Assembly: GCF_009914755.1 (NCBI RefSeq)
Contig: NC_060928.1
Length of the DNA: 64,000 bases
Direction: 5' to 3' (one strand)
Source: the human T2T-CHM13v2.0 reference genome, Homo sapiens
Shown: positions 1 through 13,360 of the stretch, one piece after another
Layout: each line of letters starts with the position of its first letter
How positions within the stretch are numbered: position 1 is the stretch's first letter
Translations under genes and position numbers: made by a program
Notes under the pieces: generated by a model
Database searches by the model: none
The model's input: the letters and a program-made list of their open reading frames with translations, nothing else
Told to the model about the DNA's origin: nothing

Positions 1-93
1 TTGAGCCAATCACCTCCCACCAGGCCCAACCTCCAACATTGGGGATTACATTTCAACATGAGATTTGGGTGGGGACAACATCAAACCATGTCA
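1..93 (-). mobile_element. MST-type MaLR LTR 5' end (partial)
   Basis: Reverse complement TGACATGGTTTGATGTTGTCCCCACCCAAATCTCATGTTGAAATGTAATCCCCAATGTTGGAGG. Confidence 0.8.
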
Positions 94-896
94 ACCCACT
101 TACTCTTTCAATGTGTATTTTAATTCCTCCTATGGTCTAGGCACTGTGCCACATTATAAACAGAAAAATAGACACAGTTTCAGTCAAGGGAAAGCAAGGC
201 TTGAAATTGCAATAGTGTGTCACATGTAAAGTTTTTTTTTTTTCTCCCTGTTTCTTCCTATCACCCTCTCTTTCTTTTTTATTTATTTGCTTATTTGGAT
301 GAGGTGGGATGTGAAGACGATCAAGTCTCTCCCATTATAAGACATAAAGATACCTAAATTCTGTTGACATTTCTAGAACCTACTCAATCTTTCTCCTTCT
401 CTTTGTAGCCAGGCTTCTTGAAAAAATAATTTGTACTTTTTGTCTTCACATGCTTATCCTTCATTAATACCTCAATCTACTGCAACATGGCTTTCATATT
501 CACCAGTCCACTGAAACTACTCACTAAGGTCATAGATGAATTTTTAGTTGCCAAACCCAGTGCACATCTTGGCCCTTATTTTATGTCATTGTAGCATTGC
601 ATACCATTGACTCTTCTTCTTCTTCTTCTTCTTTTTAATTTCTCCTTTTCTTTTGCTGACTTTTTTCTTTCTTGACATTCCTCTTCTCTGGATACTTCTT
701 TTCAGGCTCTTCCATAAGCAACTTTTCCTTAACTGACAGATACCTTAAATGTTGGAATTGCATCTTTAAATCACTTTTTATTCCATACAATCTACCTCGA
801 TCATCTTTTTCATTCTCATGTCTTAATGTTCAAACCATATGTCTCTAAAATTTAGAGATCCAGCCCAGACATCTTTCCTACTGGGTAGGAAAAGTG

Positions 897-1057
897 CTGT
901 AATCCCAGCACTTTGGGAGGCCGAAGTGGGCAGATCACCTGAGGTTGCAAGTTCAAGACCAGCCTGGCCAACATGGCGAAATCCCGTCTCTACTACAAAT
1001 ACAAAAATTAGCTAGGCATGGTGTGCCTGTAATCCTAGCTACTTGGGAGGCTGTGGC
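897..1057 (+). mobile_element. Alu fragment truncated at both ends
   Basis: Left arm and start of right arm; no tail and no TSD. Confidence 0.9.
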
Positions 1058-1239
1058 TTCTCATTCAGAAGCAGAACAGAAAATGATGCATAATGTCTAA
1101 AACTATAGATGTGAGATATATATACATATATATTAGGAATAACTAGTTAAGTGAGAGGTAAAGGTTTGGGGTTTGCTTAATTTTAGAGGTTATATTCATG
1201 TTGAGTACCTGTTTCATGGCTTCATGTACCATCCATGTA

Positions 1240-2242
1240 ACCAGTGATTCCCACATTTCTGCCTCCAGCTAAACTTTTCTCTCCAACTCTAGACTCCAAT
1301 ATTTATCTGGTGATTTGATGCCTTCACTTGGATGTCTGATGTTTTAAAACCAACATGTATAAAAACAGCTCTTGATCTCTGCCTATCTCAAACAGTTTCC
1401 ACCTGCAGCCTTCTTCATCTCAATGAACAGAAACTCAGTCCTTTCTCTTGTTCAGGCCAAAAGACTTGGAGTCATTCTGACTTTCTTTGACATGTCATAT
1501 GGTTGTTTCAACAGATCTCGTTGGCTGTATCTTCAAAATGTCCAGAACCCAGCCAGTTTTCATCACCTCCACTGCAACTATCCTCCCTAAGCCACTGTCA
1601 TCTCTTAGTGAATTATTGTAATATCCTGCTAAATAGTTGCCCCCTTTTCATCTTTGACCCGTGTAGAGTGTTCTCAACCAGCAGCCAAAGTGGTCTTTGG
1701 AAAACATAAGTCGGATTGTGTCACTCTTTTGCAGTGTCTCCTCATTTCACTCAAAGTGAAAGGCCTTAGGATATCCTAAAAGGCCCATTGTGATCTGCAC
1801 TCCCCTCTCCTGCTCAGCCCCAGCCTTTTGCCAAAGCTGCAAGGGCCGTAGTTCCTGGAACATACCAGGTACATATTGGCCTTTGCTGTAGTTACTACTT
1901 CCATCCGGACGTTCCCACACCCCCTAGTCTTTTGTTCAAATCTCAGTTCTCAACTAGGCCTTCCCTGAGCACCCTATTTACTGCAGATTACACCCCTCCA
2001 CCATCCCCACATTTCTCACTCTCTTCACCCTGCCCTGCTTTTTCTATTTCCATAACACCATTTCCTAACATGCCAGTTGCTTCCCTGACTTGTGTTGTCT
2101 TCCCCTTTCCCCTCACCAGACTCCAAGCTCTATGAGGACAGGGATCTTTGTTTTATTCACTGATATATTCCAAGTGCCTTAAGAGTAGCGATTGGTACAT
2201 GGTTGGTACTAAAAAAAAATTGCTGAATGAATTAATGAATGA
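1240..2242 (+). mobile_element. L2 3' region
   Basis: Degenerate pyrimidine-rich L2 sequence ending TTGCTGAATGAATTAATGAATGA. Confidence 0.75.
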
Positions 2243-2729
2243 TATTTAAAAATGAATCATCCTTTTAGAAATGGGTCAGGAAAGGAAGAGAAATGCAGCA
2301 ATTAATAATGATGTTTGCTTGTTCTTTGATATATATACAAGTGTGATATTTTTAGACTTCATTTTTTAAGCCTGGTTAAAAAATTGGTGCCCTGATTTTT
2401 TATGTAATAGCTTTATTGAGGTATAATTTACATACCATAAATCCACCCATTATAATTGTGCAATCTAATGATTTTTATTAAATTTATAAAGTTTTATAAC
2501 CATTGCTTCAAAAAGTTGTCTTGTGTTCATTAATTTGCAGTTAATTCTTGCCCCCCTCCTCATGGGACCCTGATTTTTTTGGTTAATTTTATGGTCCTAA
2601 GTCTTGAAAGAATAATTCATGTAGCAATGCTAGTATAGCCTTGTGTGCTTAAAAAATGTAAATTTAAATATTCACTGTTCAGTGTAGGAAATGGTATTGA
2701 AATATTAGTGAAAAGAACAAGATGGAGAA

Positions 2730-2912
2730 TCAGACTGGCCATACTCTTACCCAGCCCTACCATTTACCCCGTTACTCAAACTATTCTCTTCATCTGTTAA
2801 ATGGGGATAATAATAGTAATTTGCTCAGAGAGTTGTTGTGAGGATTAACCAAATAATGAAAGTAAACTGCTCAGCACAGGGCTGCCATATAGTAAATACT
2901 CAATAACTATTA
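2730..2912 (+). mobile_element. MIR
   Basis: Core CATCTGTTAAATGGGGATAATAATAGTA...GTTGTTGTGAGGATTAA...CTCAATAA. Confidence 0.75.
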
Positions 2913-3421
2913 ACTAACATGATTAATCTCAATTAATCTCTTGTTAGTATAGGTCAAAATATATGGGGTTAATATATCCTGGCAGGTAGAGAGCAAAATT
3001 TAAATCAGATTCTAAGTTTCTGAAGTTTGTGTAAAATATGATCCTGCTCTGTCTTGGTTTGTTAATAACGTACGACTATAGAAGTTTGTAAAAGCAAGTT
3101 AATTTCCAATGGAGAAGATCATTTCTCAACAGTTTTATTTGGAGATATCTGCTAAGCCACTTCTACTGAATATTCTGTGTTGATCTTTGACGGAACTTTG
3201 ACACCAGGGAGGTAATTACCCACTTTTTATTGAAACCATAGTGTCCATCAGAAACTGTTCTCAATTGTCTTAACCTTACATTGGGATATTCTGTTCATGA
3301 GACTTCCTCTAAATAAGTAGGGGAAGGAGACATTCATTGTCTCTCTTGTAGCTTGATAAGCTGAACTAAATGATCTTTAATAAGATCTTTTTCTGTTTTT
3401 GTTCTTTTCTTTTATGTACAG

Positions 3422-3547
3422 GTGCACAAAGCAGGGTCATCAGAAGCCTCTTGATTCAAAAGATGATAATACCGAAAAACACTGCCCAGTGACAGTGAAT
3501 CCTTGGCATATGAAGAAAGCTTTCAAAGTCATGAACGAATTAAGAAG
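3422..3547 (+). CDS. KLHL2: KLHL2-like exon 2 (126 bp)
   Basis: Pyrimidine tract and AG at 3420-3421; encodes CTKQGHQKPLDSKDDNTEKHCPVTVNPWHMKKAFKVMNELR; donor AG|GTATCA; phase 2 at both ends. Confidence 0.93.
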
Positions 3548-3729
3548 GTATCATTATACTAATGTACATGCAACCATTGGTTTCGTCCCTTTATTTTTCA
3601 GTTGTTTGTAGTGAATATATAATCAACCTTCCATTGTTGCTTTTTCTGGTACACAGAACATTAAAAGCTTTTTCTGCAAGTTTTTTAAAGGAAAAGAGCA
3701 AATAATTTATCAGAAGTGTGGATGGTGTG

Positions 3730-4172
<443 letters not shown>

Positions 4173-4599
4173 GTCTAGGGCTTCTAACTTACTGTGGCAA
4201 AGAATATGGAAAGAAACTTTTAGAGAAAAATGTAACCCTTTTTTTGTGGGAGTGGTGGTAGTTTTGGGGGGCAGTGACCTGCCTGTTGCTGAGGTAATTC
4301 TCAAGTGTACTAAGGATCACTGCAACTTTTAAGTAGTGTTAAAAGTTGATTGAAAAATGAGTAGCTTTTTTTAATTAAAAGGGTAATATATGTATTAAGA
4401 GTCTTGCTTTTATTTTCTTAGCACTTTATGAAAGATCTGCTTTTTCCCCACCATTCCCTTTGTGAAAGTACTCTACGTATATCTATCTGAAATGCTGAAA
4501 GCCTGGCTAAGAAGGGATTAAACCTTCCTTAATCTTTCTATGCTTCCTAAAAGCTCTCCCTTTTAGGCCCATCATTTGTTTGTTTCTTCTTTAATTAAA

Positions 4600-5200
4600 T
4601 TAGGGATTCAATAAATATTTATCTGCTAGGTACTGTAGGTACAATGGTGAGCAAGAACAAATATGGTTGCCACCCTTGTGGGCCCATAGCTGACTGCAGG
4701 AAGTAGGCATTCATCAAAGAATCACAAAAATAATTTACTGTAATGACAGTAAGTGCTGCAAAGGAGGGCTGCTGGTGCTAGAAAGGTGGATAACAGTGGT
4801 CAGGAAAGGCTTTCTTGAGAAGACAGGAATAATTATGCTGATATCTAGAAGGAAAAGAAGATAAGGGGATAAAGTCAGGATGGGAGTGAGGAGAGGGAGA
4901 ACAGTGTTCCAGGCATTGGGAATGCAGTGCCACAACTTAGGGTAGGAAGGAGCTGGCCTCATTGGAGGAACTGACAGTGTTGCTGCAGTGCACATGGCGG
5001 TGGAATCACACAGGAGAGGCAGCTGAGTTGGTAGGAGGGGCCATTGGACTGAGGTCCTGAAATTTTGGTCTTAATCAAGAGTTGCCTTGAGAGAAAGCCA
5101 GTGGAGAGTGTTAAGCAGGAGTGTGACCTGATCAGATTTATATTTTGAACACACTGGCTGCTGGGTAAAGAATGGATTGGAGAGAGATAAGAGAAAGTTA
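4600..5200 (-). mobile_element. L2 fragment
   Basis: ATTCAATAAATATTTA terminus followed by purine-rich L2 antisense sequence. Confidence 0.7.
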
Positions 5201-7334
5201 AACTGAATATTGGATCATTTGATTTGCTTTCTAGTACCGCTTTGACAACATTTTCAAAATGTGGGTTTTCACTTATTCTTTGGGAGAATATATAGCTGGA
5301 ATAATCCAGCAAGTCTCAGGGTACTGTTTCAGGTTTTTAATCCTGTTTTGACAGTAATTATTAGAATGTAAAATGCATTGGTTACTAAGTGGAACTGCAA
5401 GAAAAGTAGGAAAAATAGTCTGGTTGTTTTAAGACTGGGATCTTTAATGGCTCTTTTTTCTCTTTGAGAAGTCTAAAAAGACTGACTTTTAATAGGACTA
5501 TTCAAATGTTCTTTTTCCCCACTCCTATGGGTGGGGCACGGGTAGCCTTGGCTTTCTGCTGGTGTTAATGTGAGTGGGTCTCTGTTGACCTGGGCATGAC
5601 TCACTAAACTGCAGGGAAGGTAACACCAAGTGCTCCTTCCCTTGGGGTGAACGACCTGAGTTTGGGGACAGACTCTGGCCTCGAGCCAGTTATTTTACTT
5701 GTTTGAGCCTGACTATAAAATGAGAGGCATGGACAAGATGGTGTCTAAGGTTCAGTGCTGCTCTGACATTCTCAGCCTAGAGATGTTTTTCCTGCTTACC
5801 TGCAAGCCCTGTGGTGTCCTTGCCTGGCCCTAGGATTATTTATAAGCTCCAGTCTTCATTCATCTGTTTGCCCCTTTTTGGATGTGAACTCTATAACTGT
5901 GAGATAGTACCTTCTTGTTCTTTGTGTGGCACCCTTTCAGCAGCTAGTATGTCACTGGGCTGGTAGTTGATGCTGATTTTCAGAACAAAGAATGACCTTT
6001 GAATAGCCAGAGTATTGGCTGCCAGGTCTATAACCTGGATTGTTTTAATGAAAGCGCCAACAACAACAGTATTTTTAAAAATGGACTGTCGTTCGGGTTC
6101 ATCAGACCTTTTTAAAAATGTCATTCCCTTCCACCCTTAAATCTTATAGCCATTTTGAGTAATTCTTTTAAAAAAAATCTCTGAAGAGGCCTATTCCTTG
6201 TACAGCTGAAAATCATTAATTATTTCCTGTCCTTGCATCAACTTCCTCTTGCCCAGAAAGGGTAGTTGAGAGTGTTTTCCTGACTTCTGGGAAGGGAGAA
6301 CTTCCTTGTTCTCACCACTCTGCCCTTGGGCTCTAACCTCAAAGTGGTACAGCAACAGCTGTACTCCGAAGAATGTTAATGTGAACCTTTGGCTGATGGA
6401 AGCAAAATTTTAGGAGTAAAAGTCACTTTCAATTATGGCTGATGTAAGGTGTGGTTGTGGGAATGGGGGTAGGAAGACAGGAGTTCTGTAAGGTTTAAGT
6501 TACAGAATTAAAATTGTTTGATAGAAAAAGTACATGACATTTTATTGATTTCTTAAACTAATTGTTTTTAGACAGGAGGCCCAGAGACCTAGCTTTATAT
6601 CCCAGCCTGGTAAGAGCTTGAATATCTTGAAATTATTTGGTTTAAAAACCCTGCAGTCATATGTAAACAATGTATTCAACAAGTATTGGTGAGCACCTAA
6701 TCAGCTAATATGCCTGAAAGGCTATGTGGGATCCAAAAACAGTATCAGACTTAGGCCATGCCCTTTGAGTGTCTAGAGAGCTGCTGGACACATACAGAGA
6801 GGAGGATGAGGCAGTGAAAAAGTGTGCAAATCATGGGTGCCCAAACGGATTCTCATGGGGAAAATTCACACAGCCCACAGAGGTGGGCTTCAGTTGGGCC
6901 TTGATGGGAGTGCAGCAGGATTCACTGAGGGGATGGAGTGGGAATGTCTTTCCTGGCATGATTAATTGCACAAGTCAGGGAGGGAATAAACATCATCTGT
7001 TGGATAAAGTGAATCAAGGGTTCATCCTGGGGAGTCTGTGCAGAAAAGGTTAGGAAGCAAGAGAAGGGCAGAATTGTGGCAGGCTTAAATAGTATGATGA
7101 ATTCGGACTTAATCCTCTGGGCAGTGGGATTCAGTGAAGGCTTTTGGGAAACGGAGCATCATGCTAAGATTAATGATGTTGGAGTTGTGAAAGGACGGCT
7201 TTTAGGTCAGCAGTGCATCTCTGGTGGGAAATTCAGATCTTAACTCTAAATTTCCCAAGTGTGGATGGGGGAAATTTTTCAAAACACCGACATTTTCAAA
7301 ATCAACCCAATAGATCTTCACAGAATGCTTATAA

Positions 7335-7619
<285 letters not shown>

Positions 7620-8227
7620 TAAGTTTTATTGACAAAATTAGATTGCTAGCTTTTGGAGAAGACCAAAGAGCAACTGTTGAAAGGTGGCATTTTGTGTTTA
7701 AAATAAATAAAAAAAAAAAAAACCTACTGTTTTTTAGGCTATAGGATAAGACTGTACTTGAGCTTTAACAATTTCAATGAGTATTAGTGGTGGGGGCACA
7801 ACCTATTAGCTTTATTTACAAGGAATGTAAGTTTGATCCTTAATATTTAGGAGTTGAAAGTATTCAGTAAGGATGAATCATATGAAGCAATTCAAATGTT
7901 CACCTTTATATCCTGTACAACCCATAAATATTGAGTTGTTCATTCATAACAGCAGTTCTTAACATTCCAGAAGATATTTAAGCAAAATAGCCTGATCTGC
8001 CCTCTTAAAGGAATGGTTATTGTGTTTTTCCTCCAGGATTTTAGGCATCATGGGACCTATATCACTACTAGGATTAGATTATCTGTTGTGCATCCATAAA
8101 AACATTTGATTTGTGGCTGTTGAATTTTGGCTAAATTGTTATTGTGTCTATTGTATGAATTCATACTTTGTTACTTAGATGGCAAGTGAATTAAACAGTG
8201 AACTTAAGGGGGTCTCCCTTTTTCTTC

Positions 8228-8405
8228 AGGTATACCTAAGATATTTTGATACAGGTATATAATGTATAATAACCACATTAGAGTAAATGGGATATCCATG
8301 ACCTCAAGCATTTATCCTTGGTGTTATAAACAATCCAGTTATACTCTTTTAGTTATTTTTAAATGTATCATTAAATTGTTATTGACTACAGTCACCCTAT
8401 TATGA
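8228..8405 (-). mobile_element. L1MA-type 3' end fragment
   Basis: GTAAATGGGATATCCATGACCTCAAGCATTTATC...TATACTCTTTTAGTTATTTTTAAATGT motif. Confidence 0.7.
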
Positions 8406-11400
8406 GACATATTTTACTTTTAAGAAGATAGACACCGTGCATTTTAAAAGCAGTGACAGGTTTTTCTCAGTCTTAGGAATTCATTCATTTTATATCAGAA
8501 GACCCAAGGATGCCTTAGTGTGTTCAGGCATGTTTCATACCTTTTCAAAGCAGTTTCTTTTTTTCCTGAGAAGGACCAATTTTCATGATATAATTTTATT
8601 TAGGAGATGGAGTGCCTTCCTTTATTCTGTGCTATTTGAGTTTTACATTAAGCCTATCTAACTCCTGTTCTTTTCCCTTTAGATTTGAGCTTAGAAGCCA
8701 CTTTCATTCTGAAGCTTTTCCATAAGGTTGAGCCTAGCTTCTCCTGTGTGTTTCCAAATATCCCACACTTGTCCCATCTTAAAGTCATGGGTTCATTTTA
8801 TAATCACTTATTTCCTTGTCTGTCTCCCTCACATGACTGTAAACTTCATACTGTCATGGCTGTTAATCTTGTTTATTTTGGTAAGCTCACACAGTCCTTG
8901 ATAAGTGAATGAATAAATGCAAATTTTGCTAAATAACAACTTATTTATACCATTATTTTGGAGGCCTTCTTTTCCTACAGTTTATCCCTCATTAGATTTC
9001 AAGTAATAGGAACATAAACTTAGAAATTCACCATGGAAGACTTTGCATATGGGCTGCTAAAAGAAGTTTTTCTTATTTTTAGTGCCAGACTTTTCATTTG
9101 TAGCTCTCTCACTCAAAAGTCATTCAGCTTCTTGTAAGCATGCAAATTTGGAAAGAGGTAAGGGCCAGACTCAATGTACACACACTGATATACACTCATT
9201 GTGTACTTAGTGACACAAACTAGTAAGAGTTTGTTAGCTCTCTCATCTCTGAATGCTGTTTTAAAATATGTTATTACTGAAGACAGATAAAAAATTGAAT
9301 ACTAAAACTAAGCATGTCCTTAATGTGTAAAGTGGCTCTGAGACCTAACCCAGGACATGGCTGCATAATATTTTAGCAGTGTTTTAACCTTATTAGTTAA
9401 CTAACATCAACTAATAAGTCAGTAAGGCCAAGTTAATTATGTAAGTGACAGCCAGCAGGTATTATGTTAGAAGGTTTGGATCAATGAATAATTGTAATTG
9501 AAGCCAAATGTGATTAGTTATGTGATTTTTGAGGTGTTCAGGTGTAATTCCACTTGTGTTCCATCTTGAAACTAAAGCACTAGGAGGGATTACTGACAAA
9601 AGGAAAATAGGCATAAAGATGCACTTGACTCATGTTTGAGTTGTGTTCAAATCCCCAGGTCACGAAAGAGAAACCTGGATTGCTTTATTCTAGAGAGACC
9701 ATGCATGCTCTGCTGACCCTGCTTACCTGCCTCCAGAGTTTCTTCGCTCCCACCCTTCTCTGTCCCCACTCTTCTTGGCCCACAGTTCCGCATTCTGCTT
9801 TGCTGCTTCAGGTCTCCATGCGATAGTACATCATGTTCTCTTTGGGATTCTTTTGCTCCTTCTCGATCCAGCTAACTCTTACTTGTTTTTAGAACTCAGT
9901 TTAAGGCCAATAGCTGCAGGAAGCCCTTTCTGATCCCCAGTCTGATTTAAACGCAGCCCCCCCACCCCAACCTTTCCATAACATCTTTATTACGGTGCTT
10001 TCCACTTTATCCTATAATTTTTGCGTTGCCAGTTTTTTCTGGTGGTCTTCTTAAGGGCAGAGATGGTCTTGCAGTACTTTGTTGAATGAATGAACAAACT
10101 TTGATTTTTAAAAATATTCTGTAGAGGTAGTGCTTAAAACCCACTAAATTTGGAGCTTTTATTAGCTATATATAGAACTTAAAAATACTTTCTAGTATAT
10201 TGTATGTCAAAAAATAAATTGTTATTATTTATAATTTATTTACTATTTCCCTTTCTTGTTTTATTCAAACTTTAACAGATCTTAAAACAGTATAGCTTTA
10301 GGTTTTGTGTAGTGGTCAAGAGGCTCTGGAGTTAGCCTGTGGATTTGAATCCTGGCACTGCCTCTAGTTGGAGGACTTTAACCTTGGTTTCCCCAGCTAT
10401 AAATTTGGGGATAAAAATAATACCTTATAACATTGTGGTGGGCACTAAATGAAATAATACATGCAGGTAAAACTCTTGCATAGTACCTTCCTGAAAACAC
10501 TGCTGACACCACTGACTTTTCCACCCTAGTTATATGTGAACCCATGGAATTCATAGAATTGCAGAATGGTTTTATATTCTCAGAGCAGATGGTAAACTTT
10601 GTCAGTTCTCTAAAATGATCTGGAGGAATTGTAAATTAGTGATACTGTGCCACCTTTTATGACTCCAATATGAGACCTGCTTTATGTCTCATACAGCATC
10701 ATGAGCCATTAAACTGGTAACACACGAGCCATACTATAATCTAAATGGCATAGCAGTCTCATCAGCAATGAGGCCCTGGGATGCAGTCATCACTGATGCT
10801 GGGGTAGTCTTTTTTTCTTCCATTTCTCCTAAACTGGAAGGAGAATAGTTACCAGTAGGCTCTCCAAAAAGTTTTGGCATGAACTTTATGGGAACAAGTT
10901 TGCAAGCAGTATGGACAGGTGGAAAACTTCAAGGACTTCGTCAAGCTCATGGAAAATGTTGCTTGTAAGCTACTAGAAAATTACAGAAGTAGGCAGGCCA
11001 ACTTTTTAGGAAATAGAACAGTAGAGGAGGGTGCCAAGTGTGACCTGCATGCACTATGCACATAGACATAAATTCAGTGCTTGGGTATGTGAGGTGTGGA
11101 AGGGACATTTGCTTTCACCACACCTGTTTCAGTCATTCATAGTATGACTACTAGCAAGGCAGGTTGTAGGCTTTGGAGCCTTCTTGCTTATTCTAGAATA
11201 AGCATCAGCAACGTTTTCTGTTAAAAATATTCTATGACGTTATTAATTACCTGGATAGTATGATCTGGCACCACGTATTGCATGTCAAAAATGCTCACCA
11301 CATGTTTTTAGTGAATTACAATGGATGTTTTAAAATTAGAGATACAATAATATGGTTGCTGAATAATGGTTTTGAGGTAACAAAACGCTTTTTTTTTTTG

Positions 11401-11629
11401 AAACAGAGTCTCACTCTGTCACTGGAGTGTGGTGGTGCGATCTTGGCTGAATGCAACCTCTGCCTCTTAGGTTCAAGTGATTCTTGTGTCTCAGCCTCCT
11501 CAGTAGTTGGGATCACAGGTGTGGTCTACCATGCCTGGCTAATATTTGTATTTTTAATAGATTCTGGGTTTCGCCATGTTGGCCAGGCTGGTCTCAAACT
11601 TCTGGCTTCAAGTGATCCATCCACCTACC

Positions 11630-12595
11630 TGTAGGGGTGGGTTGCCCCTACACACCTGTGGGTGTTTCTCGTAAGGTGGGACGAGAGATTTGGAAAAGAA
11701 AACGACACAGAGACAAAGTATAGAGAAAGAAATAAGGGGACCCGGGGAACCAGCGTTCAGCATATGGAGGATCCCGCCAGCCTCTGAGTTCCCTTAGTAT
11801 TTATTGATCATCTGTGGGTGTTTCTCAAAGAGGGGGATGTGTCAGGGTCACAAGACAATTGTGGGGAGAGGGTCAGCAGACAAACACGTGAACAAAGGTC
11901 TTTGCATCATAGACAATGTAAAGGATTAAGTGCTGTGCTTTTAGATATGCATACACATAAACATCTCAATGCTTTACAAAGCAGTATTGCTGCCCGCATG
12001 TCCCACCTCCAGCCCTAAGGCGGTTTTTCCCTATCTCAGTAGATGGAGCATACAATCGGGTTTTATACCGAGACATTCCATTGCCCAGGGACAGGCAGGA
12101 GACAGATGCCTTCCTCTTGTCTCAACTGCAAGAGGCATTCCTTCCTCTTTTACTAATCCTCCTCAGCACAGACCCTTTACGGGTGTCGGGCTGGGATGGT
12201 CAGGTCTTTCCCTTCCCACGAGGCCATATTTCAGACTATCACATGGGGAGAAACCTTGGACAATACCTGGCTTTCCTAGGCAGAGGTCCCTGTGGCCTTC
12301 CGCAGTTTTTGTGTCCCTGGGTACTTGAGATTAGGGAGTGGTGATGACTCTTAAGGAGCATGCTGCCTTCAAGCATCTGTTTAACAAAGCACATCTTGCA
12401 CCGCCCTTAATCCATTCAACTCTGAGTTGACACAGCACATGTTTCAGAGAGCACGGGGTTGGGGGTAAGGTTATAGATTAACAGAATCTCAAGGCAGAAG
12501 AATTTTTCTTAGTACATAACAAAATGGAGTCTCCTATGTCTACTTCTTTCTACACAGACACAGTAACAATCTGATCTCTCTTGCTTTTCCCCACA
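11630..12595 (-). mobile_element. HERV-K(HML-2) solo LTR, LTR5_Hs, 966 bp
   Basis: Reverse complement begins TGTGGGGAAAAGCAAGAGAGATCAGATTG and ends GGGGCAACCCACCCCTACA; TSD CTACC at 11625-11629 and 12596-12600. Confidence 0.96.
12061..12067 (-). promoter_or_regulatory. TATA box of LTR5_Hs
   Basis: GGTATAAAACCCG on the minus strand at the expected U3 position; the LTR AATAAA is at 11800-11805 (minus). Confidence 0.75.
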
Positions 12596-13253
12596 CTACC
12601 TTGGCCTCCCAAAGTGTTGGGATTATAGGCATGAGCCACTGCACCTGGCCAAAGTGTTTTTTAACTTTAGATGTAATATTTTCTGGCCTTGAAGGATGAG
12701 ATATTTTGCATTGGTAAAATGTTGTGATTAAGTTAAGCTTCAAATGCTCAAAGCCTTTTAAGCAGCAAGTGTAACTGAATATAATTTTACCATTGCTTGA
12801 TGAACTAGGGTCTTTTAAGATTTTTTTTTTTGGGGAGGGGGCGGGTATTTGACCCAATTTAGTTTTTGGCATGTGTTTTTTCTTCATCTTCATGTCAGAC
12901 TACACCTGCCACTTCTGCCGCTACTTCTTATTCAGATAGCCTCTTCTTTTGCAGTCCATTGATGGTTTGCTGCCAGTAATTGCCTTTAGGTTGAGAAATC
13001 AATAATCAAGTTTGGGAAGATTTCTGTGTTTTTCAAAGGCAGGATTCTTAGTGAGGGTCCAAGGCATGTTGGGCCTTTATCCCAGCTGTCTTCTATGTAC
13101 TTCATGTTTAGGGATCATGTCCCAAAGGATGGCTGTTTTTTACATTAGTCTCCACTTGATGAAAGTGGGCTTTACTGTAATATTTTTGCATAGGATGTTC
13201 AATACATTCATTGTTGATATCATTTAAATTTTTTCTCTCTGCTTTTTACACAG

Positions 13254-13360
13254 TCAAAATTTACTGTGCGATGTCACAATTGTGGCAGAAGACATGGAAA
13301 TTTCTGCTCATAGAGTGGTGCTGGCCGCCTGTAGTCCTTATTTTCATGCCATGTTTACAG
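13254..13360 (+). CDS. KLHL2: KLHL2-like exon 3 (107 bp), N-terminal part of BTB
   Basis: Acceptor ttttacacag|T; encodes (S)[35 protein letters not shown](G), containing the BTB signature; donor CAG|GTATGA. Not in the ORF track. Confidence 0.95.

Larger units (their letters stand above)
11389..12650 (-). mobile_element. AluS split by LTR5_Hs (11389-11629 and 12596-12650)
   Basis: The two halves are collinear across the LTR. Confidence 0.92.

Noticed and set aside
11818-12344. Overlapping + strand ORFs
   Set aside because: Antisense readings of a non-coding LTR; no gag, pol or env is present.
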